Shown here: positions 1 to 7,767 of the stretch, one piece after another
Layout of the letters: each line of letters opens with the position of its first letter
Position numbering within the stretch: position 1 is the stretch's first letter
Assembly (NCBI GenBank): GCA_003568775.1
Contig: MWMI01000002.1
Location: forward strand, 30,001-62,000
DNA: 32,000 bases
DNA from: Candidatus Nanoclepta minutus
GTDB lineage: Archaea > Nanobdellota > Nanobdellia > Nanobdellales > Nanobdellaceae
Reading direction: 5' to 3'
Made by a program: the position numbers and the translations under genes
Notes under the pieces: generated by a model
Seen by the model: only the letters and a program-made list of their open reading frames with translations
Told to the model about the DNA's origin: nothing
Databases searched by the model: none

Positions 1-84
1 CGAGACCTTCCTCAAAACCTCGCTAAATAAATAGTATTGTAATATAAATTGTGTACTAAATTTCTTAAAGGAAACTTGAAATCT

Positions 85-157
85 CTTAGCTACATTATAA
101 AATTTCGAAAGTATATTGAAAGGGATGAATATAATTAATAGTTTTGATTAGCTAAAT
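85..157. repeat. Intergenic repeat, copy A (pairs with 2382-2455)
   Basis: Hand alignment to 2382-2455 gives about 60 of 75 aligned columns identical with three 1-nt indels. Shared blocks are CTACATTAT, GTATATTGAAAG, TATAATTAAT and GTTTTGATTA. Weaker similarity extends about 25 nt further upstream. Confidence 0.6.
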
Positions 158-207
158 AGATATAAATAAATTAAAAATCTTATAACTTTTAAGGAAAATA
201 GTATAAA

Positions 208-654
208 ATGCCGTTAATAATATCTTCATATATTTACAGATCCGAATCACCTATAAAAAAGAAAGGTATATCTGCGATGTACGTAGATGTAGATAAAAAA
301 TACCTCAGCGAACAATACGATTTAACGGATCTGTCAAAAGAATATTGGGTTTATGGCAGGATAATTGAAGTAATAAAGGATTCACCTATATCAGAAGATG
401 AAAGGAAATTGTTGGAACAATATGTTATTAACAGAGAAGTTAAATTATTCTTAGTACCCGGTCTTTTTTATTCTTCTTATGATAGACTTCATTTTGATAA
501 TGACACATGGAGTATTCTCAGAGACATTGGTATTATTAGGGAAGAATACAAACTTAAAGTAAAGTTATACAAAGTAGAAATAATAGGATCCAATGGTATT
601 AAGGAAGGGGAAATTAATCTTTATCCTTATAGAGACATTATAGCAGAAAAATAG
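208..654 (+). CDS. Hypothetical protein, upstream partner of the PaREP1-like ORF
   Basis: ORF track. Co-directional with the next ORF and 11 nt from it. No motif recognised. An internal ATG at 277 (MYVDVDKK) is an alternative start. Confidence 0.45.
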   Translation: MPLIISSYIYRSESPIKKKGISAMYVDVDKKYLSEQYDLTDLSKEYWVYGRIIEVIKDSPISEDERKLLEQYVINREVKLFLVPGLFYSSYDRLHFDNDTWSILRDIGIIREEYKLKVKLYKVEIIGSNGIKEGEINLYPYRDIIAEK

Positions 655-665
655 ATTATAGTATT

Positions 666-1067
666 ATGGAAGAACTTATAAATGAAATTAGAAGAAGGTT
701 AAATATAATTAAAAGTTATTCTAAAAATTATATGGAATCTTTAGATAAAAAAGAATATGGAAAAGCTTCTGAAATGCTATGGGGTATTATAAATAACTTA
801 GCATCTATATTAAGTATTCTTAATGGAGGTAAACCTATTTCTAAGCATAGTGAACTTAGAGAGTTTATTGAGAGTCTAGCTTATATATTAAAAGATGAGG
901 AAATTATCGACCTTTTTAGATCATGCGAAATCTTACATGCAAATTATTTTCATAATTTTTTAGATGAAATTTTATTTGAAAGTTATAGAAAGGATGCAGA
1001 GAAACTTATCAATAAACTCCAAGAGCTAATAATAAGAGAGCTTCAAGCTAAAGGTATTAAAATCTAG
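666..1067 (+). CDS. PaREP1-family (HEPN-related) all-helical protein
   Basis: 133 aa. ASEMLWGIINNLA...KHSELREFIESLA...ILHANYFHNFL resembles the archaeal PaREP1/PaREP8 family signature as I remember it. Assigned from memory of the family, not from a search. Confidence 0.6.
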   Translation: MEELINEIRRRLNIIKSYSKNYMESLDKKEYGKASEMLWGIINNLASILSILNGGKPISKHSELREFIESLAYILKDEEIIDLFRSCEILHANYFHNFLDEILFESYRKDAEKLINKLQELIIRELQAKGIKI

Positions 1068-1088
1068 TTTTTAAATTTTTATTTTGGA

Positions 1089-1185
1089 CTATATAAGCCA
1101 TTTCCATAAAGGTATAAACCTTATTTCTTTGTTATCTATTTTTAAAACATCATTCATAATCACAAGTTATAACAATCAACTCTAG
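1089..1185 (-). pseudogene. Orphan relic of the 3' end of a COG1373-type ATPase gene (frameshifted)
   Basis: The minus strand reads LIVITCDYE, then a frameshift, then DVLKIDNKEIRFIPLWKWLI*. The intact gene ends LIVITWDYEDNLRIDNKEIKFIPLWKWLLV* (4886-4980). No ATPase body is attached. Confidence 0.65.
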
Positions 1186-1603
1186 ATTAAGAGATATTAT
1201 AAAGATTTAGCAATATGCTGTCTATTAAGATTGAGAAATATAAAATAAAAGAATATGAAATCGAATAAAAGACAACGGATAGAATTATTAAAAACGGTTA
1301 TGCTTTAACCAATTGATTTAGCTTTGATTGAACAATTGCTGGCATTACTATGGATACTAACAGAAATATTAGAAAATATATCAAACCTTTATCTTCTTCT
1401 CCAACTTTGAATTAATTGCTTCGTGTTCTAGAACAGCTTCTTTAAAGTTTTTCCAAGTATAATAAAAACATTCTGTTACTTTTCAAAAAACAACCAACTA
1501 ACCTTAATTTAGAAAAACTGCACTAGACTTTTAAAATACAGCAAAAATGTCTTTTCCTAGTTTATAATTATAATTTTAAAATTCAAATCTTAGATATTTT
1601 TAC

Positions 1604-2332
1604 ATGATCGGTATAATTGTTGGTAAAACATACGAAAATCCTAAAGAATTCTTAAAAGATTTTGAAATAGAAGCTGTAGCACAAGATAGTAAAACAATAG
1701 ATTATGTTAAAGAAATAATAGAAAATGCAAAGACTTTATATATTAGTATAAACCTTAGTGATGAGCTATTAGATGAGGAGGTATTTGACAAAATTGAAGA
1801 TATATATGAAAGGATCGTTGAAAAAACGAACTATAAAATAGATGATGATTATTTAAATGATATATTAGACAACGTTGAAAAAGGCTTATCTGATACGGTA
1901 GCAAACCACATCATAGATCTATTGAAGAGGTTTAGACTAAACAAATTAACATTATATAGACCTTCATCACCCCTTATACCATATCCTATAAATCCTCCTA
2001 ATAAATACAGAGCTCCCATTGATAAACGCGTACAGAAGGTATATACATTGGTAAAAGAAGGTAAGCTACCTTATGAGATAAATATATGGTTACTACGCGA
2101 TTTTAAATTAATATTATTTGATAATAAAATTTTGCGTTGTAGTCCACGCTATAAAATGCTCGAACTCTGTGATATAGCCACACCTATAAACGAAGTTTTT
2201 ACTAACAGTCCTATAGAAGATTGGGAATTTGAAAAATATAGAGAACAATTCGAAAGAATATCTGAATTCTACAAAAAAGTAAATTGTTATTTAATAACTT
2301 TACTTGATGAGTTAGATAACAAGATTACTTAG
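1604..2332 (+). CDS. Hypothetical protein (242 aa)
   Basis: Long ORF with ordinary composition and no recognisable motif. The stop TAG lies in a tandem 9-bp duplication (2330-2347). Confidence 0.5.
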   Translation: MIGIIVGKTYENPKEFLKDFEIEAVAQDSKTIDYVKEIIENAKTLYISINLSDELLDEEVFDKIEDIYERIVEKTNYKIDDDYLNDILDNVEKGLSDTVANHIIDLLKRFRLNKLTLYRPSSPLIPYPINPPNKYRAPIDKRVQKVYTLVKEGKLPYEINIWLLRDFKLILFDNKILRCSPRYKMLELCDIATPINEVFTNSPIEDWEFEKYREQFERISEFYKKVNCYLITLLDELDNKIT

Positions 2333-2381
2333 AGATCTTAGAGATCTAAGTATAAGTTCTTTTCAAGAAATTTTACAGCTT

Positions 2382-2455
2382 CTTAACCTACATTATGATA
2401 CTTTGAAGTATATTGAAAGAGATAGGGTATAATTAATGGTTTTGATTAACAAAAT
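2382..2455. repeat. Intergenic repeat, copy B (pairs with 85-157)
   Basis: See copy A. About 80 percent identity by hand alignment. Lies about 145 nt upstream of ORF 2599. Confidence 0.6.
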
Positions 2456-2598
2456 TACAGTCTTTTATAAGAACCGTATAACTCCTAAAATCTATAACAT
2501 TTTCGTGAAAAACAGGATAAAAATGTCAAGATTTATTCGTAAAAGCGCTTAAAAAGGTTATCGAAGTCTTTATATTTTTTATTTAATATAATACACTT

Positions 2599-3366
2599 AT
2601 GCATTATCCGTCTTGGTTAAAAATAAAAGAGCCATATCAAAAAGAAAACAAATGGTATTGTCCTTATTGTAATTCGGAATTTGATAGCAAAGAAAAAGCC
2701 TATCCAAGATTGGTTATGACTTTTGATTCTTTCCAAAGATCTTATAAAGAACATCCAGATCTAAGGATTTTCTTAGATGAGCAATGGCATACAAAAGAAG
2801 GACATCCATGTACAGCTTTCTCATTCTATTTTTGGGAGGAATATGAAAAGTATAGAAAAATGGAGAACTTTCCTAAATTAGAAGATATAAAAGTTAAAGA
2901 GGTTAGAAAAAAAGATAAGAAGAAAGCTTCTGATAATGCTTTTAGTTTTTTATCATTAAGGGAACCTGAACCATCTAATAAGGTAAACGATACTCAAAAA
3001 ATTAATACAAAATCTAATAACGTATCTAGTAACTTACCTTCCTATAAAGCTAGTAGTAAACCACCAAGTAACATAACAAAGAATATAGATAATAAGACAA
3101 ATCAAGCAGGTATTTTTTCACTTAAAAAGCTGCTATACTCCTTGGAGGATAAAACAATAATAAAAGATAGCATTTTAATTTTAATAATCAACTTTATATT
3201 CTTTAATTTAAAGATATATCAGTTTTTTAGCCTTTCCTACATCTACGATATACCCAGGTTCTTTGACAGGATAATTTCCTTCTTTTTATTTTCAGTTCTT
3301 ATAGTAAGTCTATCTAAAGCTTTTTCAAGGATATTCTTGCTATACACTGATATGCGAACCCTCTAA
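2599..3366 (+). CDS. Zinc-ribbon-like N-terminus, low-complexity linker and C-terminal TM segments; hypothetical
   Basis: CPYC...H...HPC near the N-terminus. An S/N/K/P-rich linker follows, then hydrophobic stretches (ILILIINFIFF, ISFFLFSVLIVSL). May be the N-terminal part of the next gene (see findings). Confidence 0.5.
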   Translation: MHYPSWLKIKEPYQKENKWYCPYCNSEFDSKEKAYPRLVMTFDSFQRSYKEHPDLRIFLDEQWHTKEGHPCTAFSFYFWEEYEKYRKMENFPKLEDIKVKEVRKKDKKKASDNAFSFLSLREPEPSNKVNDTQKINTKSNNVSSNLPSYKASSKPPSNITKNIDNKTNQAGIFSLKKLLYSLEDKTIIKDSILILIINFIFFNLKIYQFFSLSYIYDIPRFFDRIISFFLFSVLIVSLSKAFSRIFLLYTDMRTL

Positions 3367-3424
3367 AGATTGGATTGAGAAATATTATAGGGCTTTCATA
3401 TTTGATTCCAATCAGAAAGATATA

Positions 3425-4219
3425 TTGTTGGATATAATAGGACGAATAAATAACTATACAACTGATCCAAACAAATTCGTAGATATAGCAGTAGCATTTG
3501 TTCAAAACATCCCCTACGACTATAATAAGTACTATTCAATAATTAGCGAAAACACGAGATTTCCTGTAGAAGTTTTAGTTGACAATAAAGGAGTTTGTAG
3601 TGAAAAGTCTTTACTTTTAGCAGGTATCTTAGCATATGCAGGATACGATGTTATCCTATTCGAGTTTGAAAAAGAAAATCATATGGCAGTTGGAATTAGA
3701 TGTCCTTGTAAAAATAGCTTTAGGGGTTCTGGATATTGCTTTATAGAGTCTACATTACCAAATCCAATTGGGTATGTACCAGAAGAGTATATGGGAGGTA
3801 TAAAGTTGGTAAGCATCCCAAAGGTGATAAAAGTCAGTTCAGGAAGCAGGATGTATACAAATTGTTTTTATATAGATAACGATCCAGCAACATATAAATA
3901 TGAAATAATACAGAAGTTTAGAGAATACTTAGATAGAAACTATAGATTAATTTATAAAGAGGACTTAACTAGAAGTATTAACAGTCTCTATCTACCTTAT
4001 GGGTATATTTCTGGAATAACTTGGAAATTACCAATAGAAAATGGGAATCCTGATATTATCGTGGCAAAGATAATAAAATGCTATATCGAGGATAAGTGTT
4101 ATCAAAATATAGTATCATATGGAAACCTAAGAGCTGATTTAACTATTTATAGATATTATGGAGTAGACATTATAAATGAAGGTGGTAAATACTATTTAGC
4201 TTTGTTGTTGGCTAAATAA
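3425..4219 (+). CDS. Transglutaminase-like cysteine protease-fold protein
   Basis: Putative Cys-His-acid core: KGVCSEKSLLLAGILAYAGYDV, NHMAVGI, CFIEST. TTG start in the track; the frame is open upstream to 3308 without an ATG. Confidence 0.65.
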   Translation: MLDIIGRINNYTTDPNKFVDIAVAFVQNIPYDYNKYYSIISENTRFPVEVLVDNKGVCSEKSLLLAGILAYAGYDVILFEFEKENHMAVGIRCPCKNSFRGSGYCFIESTLPNPIGYVPEEYMGGIKLVSIPKVIKVSSGSRMYTNCFYIDNDPATYKYEIIQKFREYLDRNYRLIYKEDLTRSINSLYLPYGYISGITWKLPIENGNPDIIVAKIIKCYIEDKCYQNIVSYGNLRADLTIYRYYGVDIINEGGKYYLALLLAK

Positions 4220-4226
4220 CTCAATT

Positions 4227-4832
4227 TTACCATATATCTACTTCAATGATACCTTTTAGCCAATAATCCCTATCAAATTTATCCCATTCTTTTAATACAT
4301 TCATTCTAACCAAATTACAAGTTGGATATAAAGGACTATTTGATGCATCTAATTCTATCCATTTATTATCTACCTTTACATCAACCCAAACATGTGTTCC
4401 TCCTATTTTCTTTTTATCTAATAAAATATAGAGTCCACCTATAAGTCTAACCTCAAAACCTAGTTCTTTTAAGTATTCTGAAAGGGTTCTATTTCTAATA
4501 CCGCATTGATTATCCCATTTAGGGTTATAGTATTCCCAAAAAGGTGATTTTCCTTTTTTATTTTCATTAGTTATCCTTGCATCTATAAAATCTTTTAAGA
4601 TATAAAATAAATCCTCATAAGTTTCTATTAAGTGTTTTACATTTTTTAATTCCTCCATTCTTATTTCAAAGTTTATTGGTTTTTGTAAAAGTTTTATTAT
4701 ACTTTTAGGAGTATCCCTAACATTTACCTTAAATAAATTTTCCTTTATTTTCTTAGTTTTTTGCCTATAATTGTTTGCTATCTCTAAGTTAACATACTTT
4801 TCTGGGATTTTTAATAAAAAAGCAGTTTTCAT
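4227..4832 (-). CDS. Transglutaminase-like cysteine protease-fold protein
   Basis: Cys-His-Asp core: NQCGIRNRTLSEYLKELGFEVRL, GGTHVWVDV, WIELDAS. Convergent with 3425-4219, 7 nt between their ends. Confidence 0.65.
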   Translation of the reverse strand: MKTAFLLKIPEKYVNLEIANNYRQKTKKIKENLFKVNVRDTPKSIIKLLQKPINFEIRMEELKNVKHLIETYEDLFYILKDFIDARITNENKKGKSPFWEYYNPKWDNQCGIRNRTLSEYLKELGFEVRLIGGLYILLDKKKIGGTHVWVDVKVDNKWIELDASNSPLYPTCNLVRMNVLKEWDKFDRDYWLKGIIEVDIW

Positions 4833-4885
4833 AAAATTTAGATTTTATGAAAAATATAAAAAGCTAAAAATTCTAGTAAGTATCA

Positions 4886-6154
4886 CTAAACCAATAACCA
4901 TTTCCACAAGGGGATAAACTTAATCTCTTTATTATCTATCCTCAAATTATCTTCATAATCCCAAGTAATTACAATTAATTCTGGGTTATTTTCCTTAAAC
5001 AATTCATGAGCTTTTAATAGAGATCTAATTTCTCTTCTTTCTATTTCATCTTTAGAGTTAGCATAAGTTACCTGAATCAGTTGTTTTATGTTTAAGCCTT
5101 CTTTTATAACGAAGTCTACTTCATATTTGTTGTTTTTTCTCAGGTAATAAAATTCTAAATTTATGTTTTTATAATACTTTTTTCTTAATAGCTCTAAAAA
5201 TACTACATTTTCCATATCCCTGGATATGTTTTTATTTCCAAATAACCCATATCCAACATCTATCAAATAAATCTTTCTTGGTGATACTATTCTCTTTTTT
5301 AAGGATGACGAATATTCCCTAACTAAGAATAATATCATTGCGTCTTCGAAATAAGAAATATAGCTTATTATCGTTCTTTTAGTAACTCTTATTCTCTGTT
5401 TGAACAATCTAAATAACGAATCATAAGATAAATATTTAGAATAATTATTTATTGCAAAGTATAATAGCTCGTTTATTAGATAAACGTTTCTTATTTTATA
5501 TCTTTCCAATATATCCCTTTTTATTAAAACTTCCAAATATTCTTTTAGTATTCTTTCCTTTTGTTCATTTAAAACTACCTCGGGATATCCTCCATACTTT
5601 AGATATTCCTCTAAAGAACCCCTTATTTTATTATAATTTTCATAAAAAGCCTTTCCTTCAAGCATTATAGACCTAAATCTTAAAAATTCCCTAAAGCTTA
5701 AGGGTAATAAATTGTATGTTATTGATCTTCCTCTCAAGTGTGTTGCAATCTCTGTAGACAAAAGTTTAGATGAAGATCCCGTTACATATACTTCTAACCC
5801 TTTATCTAATAAATATCTAACTATTCTTTCCCAATCTATTATGTTTTGAACTTCATCCAATAAAACTATTGGGTTTTTATCTGGATAAAGTTCTTTATAA
5901 GCATCTAATATATCGATTATGTCTTCTGGTTTAGAATTATAAAAAATGGGATTTTCAAAATCGATATATAAATAATCTTCTGGATTTTTTATTAAAGAAA
6001 ATAGAAAATATGTTTTTCCTATTCTTCTAGGTCCAATAATACATATAGCTCTATTCTTTATTTTTTCTATTTTTAATTCTCTTTGTTTTACATCTGAAAA
6101 GTTTCTATTATGGAATTCAACAATATATCTCTTAACTAAATCTTTCTTAATCAT
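4886..6154 (-). CDS. AAA+ ATPase of the COG1373 type (ATPase core plus DUF4143-like C-terminal domain)
   Basis: Walker A IIGPRRIGKT and Walker B VLLDEVQ. The C-terminal YEVDFVIK...IQV is reminiscent of a PD-(D/E)xK-like module. 422 aa, typical of this expanded archaeal family. Confidence 0.85.
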   Translation of the reverse strand: MIKKDLVKRYIVEFHNRNFSDVKQRELKIEKIKNRAICIIGPRRIGKTYFLFSLIKNPEDYLYIDFENPIFYNSKPEDIIDILDAYKELYPDKNPIVLLDEVQNIIDWERIVRYLLDKGLEVYVTGSSSKLLSTEIATHLRGRSITYNLLPLSFREFLRFRSIMLEGKAFYENYNKIRGSLEEYLKYGGYPEVVLNEQKERILKEYLEVLIKRDILERYKIRNVYLINELLYFAINNYSKYLSYDSLFRLFKQRIRVTKRTIISYISYFEDAMILFLVREYSSSLKKRIVSPRKIYLIDVGYGLFGNKNISRDMENVVFLELLRKKYYKNINLEFYYLRKNNKYEVDFVIKEGLNIKQLIQVTYANSKDEIERREIRSLLKAHELFKENNPELIVITWDYEDNLRIDNKEIKFIPLWKWLLV

Positions 6155-6215
6155 TATATATTATAGAGTACCAATTTTAATAATTTTTGGTATCATAAAG
6201 TATACTAAATTACAT

Positions 6216-6257
6216 CTATAACAATAACCATTTCCACAAAAGAACAAATTATATCTC
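6216..6257 (-). pseudogene. Short relic of the ATPase gene 3' terminus
   Basis: 33 of 42 nt identical to 4886-4927, including an exact 18-mer CAATAACCATTTCCACAA (4892-4909 = 6222-6239). Reads EI*FVLLWKWLLL* versus EIKFIPLWKWLLV*. Confidence 0.6.
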
Positions 6258-6322
6258 CTATGAACTTTCTATTAAAAAAACTAACTCTTTATATGAATAC
6301 ACCGGATTTCAAGGATGGTGGA

Positions 6323-6445
6323 TTATACTCTCTTTCGATCGACAGTATACCATTTATGTCCTATGATCTTTACAAAACCTAACTCTTCTAAACGATAAAG
6401 TAAATATATCACGACACCTCTATTAATTCCAGTCTTACTTACAAT
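6323..6445 (-). pseudogene. In-frame wHTH-coding continuation of ORF 6446-6709 beyond its TAG
   Basis: 40 codons directly downstream of the TAG (6446-6448), in the same frame, encode IVSKTGINRGVVIYLLYRLEELGFVKIIGHKWYTVDRKRV*. This is a typical recognition helix plus wing and has no start codon of its own. Confidence 0.6.
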
Positions 6446-6709
6446 CTATTCTAATGTTAGTTTACCATCATTTCTTAACGTTTCTAATAGAACCTTTACT
6501 TTCCCCTCATAAGTAGACTCCTCTTTGCCATAGATTCTAAGTAATTTCCATTTATCTTCATTACTTAACTTTGCTCTATATCTTAAAATACTATCCGGAT
6601 TCTCTGCAACTTCTAATATTGGCCTTATTATTTCATCATATACCCTTCTCCCTCTCTCAGTTATTCTAATAATCTTAGAAGAATGGGAAAGAACGTCCCT
6701 ATCCCTCAA
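6446..6709 (-). CDS. wHTH-protein fragment (TTG start; probably part of a disrupted larger gene)
   Basis: 87 aa ending ...LLETLRNDGKLTLE*. The TAG falls between helix 2 and the recognition helix of a winged-helix motif. The N-terminus (RDRDVLSHSSKIIRITERG) looks like the wing of the HTH that ends the upstream ORF. Confidence 0.5.
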   Translation of the reverse strand: MRDRDVLSHSSKIIRITERGRRVYDEIIRPILEVAENPDSILRYRAKLSNEDKWKLLRIYGKEESTYEGKVKVLLETLRNDGKLTLE

Positions 6710-6714
6710 CCAAT

Positions 6715-7608
6715 CTAGATATTATGTAGACTATGGCTATAGTAGCTAACATTAAGCAACCTTGAAAATTCCCTTACAGTCACTTCTCCCTCACTTTTAT
6801 TCTTTAGATATTCAAGAACTTTTTTTGCCATTCTATAGGGCATATACCTATAGACCCTAATAACCTCCTTTTTACATTCCGGATTCTCCAAACATTCTAA
6901 GGTATCTCTTATCTTCTCTTTATTTACTCTATATGCTTTAGGTATCTTATTTCGATTAAAAGGATTTTTATATTCTATTAGGCCCAACTTCTCAAATCTT
7001 TTTAAACAAGAGTTTAATGATCCGGAAGACATATATGTTGCTCTTGCTATTTTACCAACCGATACTTCCCCTCCCTCATAAATATATTTCAATATTTCAA
7101 TGGAGTTTATTGATGGTCTCTTTCCCTCTCGCCCTGAAATTTGCCCAAATAATTCCCAAGGATCTATATCCAATTCGGCACATTTCTTAAGAATATAAGA
7201 GACAAAAGGTTTCATATATTCGCCAAAAGGAGTCAGAGTATAACCATAACTTTCTGGGGTAATTTGGACTCTTTTAAGTAAGCCTATTCTTACCATAGGT
7301 CCCCCTCCCTTTGAGTTTAGAGATACATACCCCCAATAGGTTGAAGGATCGATAGGCATTGAACCTCTATAAAGTCTCTTGTTTCTCTGAAATTCTTTGT
7401 AAGATATTCCTAAACATCTTAAAAACTCGTCAAATAATTCTATTTCATTCGTATAAACTTTACCATAACTTAAACATGTATGTAAAATGGCTCTTGGAAT
7501 TAAATTAACCGACTTAGACAGAATTTCCAACCTACTTTTATAGGATTCCTTTTTAAAATCTTCTAGAATATAATCTTTCTCAAGGTTTAGAATATCGTCT
7601 AATCCCAT
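6715..7608 (-). CDS. Multi-winged-helix DNA-binding protein (N-terminal portion of a probably disrupted gene)
   Basis: wHTH-like segments IEILKYIYEGGEVSVGKIARATYMSSGSLNSCLKRFEKLGLIEY and VLEYLKNKSEGEVTVREFSRLLNVSYYSHSLHNI*. The second is cut off in its recognition helix. Confidence 0.6.
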   Translation of the reverse strand: MGLDDILNLEKDYILEDFKKESYKSRLEILSKSVNLIPRAILHTCLSYGKVYTNEIELFDEFLRCLGISYKEFQRNKRLYRGSMPIDPSTYWGYVSLNSKGGGPMVRIGLLKRVQITPESYGYTLTPFGEYMKPFVSYILKKCAELDIDPWELFGQISGREGKRPSINSIEILKYIYEGGEVSVGKIARATYMSSGSLNSCLKRFEKLGLIEYKNPFNRNKIPKAYRVNKEKIRDTLECLENPECKKEVIRVYRYMPYRMAKKVLEYLKNKSEGEVTVREFSRLLNVSYYSHSLHNI

Positions 7609-7644
7609 TAATATACAAATAAGGTTAAGGTTTTATTATCTTAA

Positions 7645-7740
7645 CTTAGTAACAATCACTTCTATAAAGGTATAAACTTTATCTCTTTATTATCTATCTT
7701 TAGATATCCTCATAGTCCCAAGCAATTATAGGTTATTTAT
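7645..7740 (-). pseudogene. Orphan relic of a COG1373-type ATPase gene 3' end
   Basis: Aligns to 4886-4980 and more closely to relic 1089-1185. Reads IIAWDYED, then a frameshift, then YLKIDNKEIKFIPL*K*LLL, with both Trp codons of the LWKW tail changed to stops. Confidence 0.65.
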
Positions 7741-7767
7741 GTTGTATATTGATGTTACCAATATAAT

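Noticed and set aside
108-124. TTTCGAAAGTATATTGAAAG in the intergenic repeats resembles the minus-strand CRISPR repeat (GTTTCAGAAG...AAATATTGAAAG). This raised the idea of orphan degenerate repeats or a CreTA-like RNA.
   Set aside because: It requires a 7-nt deletion, and only about 10 contiguous AT-rich nt really match. There is no spacer-like unit or second repeat, and the site is about 10 kb from the cas genes. It is left as a caveat under the repeat finding.
85-157. Reading the intergenic repeat as a MITE with target-site duplications (TTAG...TTAG in copy A, TTAAC...TTAAC in copy B).
   Set aside because: There are no terminal inverted repeats, and the similarity between copies continues outside the putative duplications.
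2330-2347. Tandem 9-bp duplication TAGAGATCT-TAGAGATCT covering the stop codon of ORF 1604-2332.
   Set aside because: It is real in the sequence but too short to interpret. It gives a double in-frame TAG and contains a palindromic AGATCT, and is probably slippage.
6446-6448. Genome-wide reassignment of TAG to a sense codon, suggested by two in-frame TAGs at Glu-like positions.
   Set aside because: TAG ends cas1 at a full-length C-terminus and is followed directly by TGA after ATPase 4886. Several other ORFs also end in TAG. Local nonsense mutation or sequencing error is more parsimonious.
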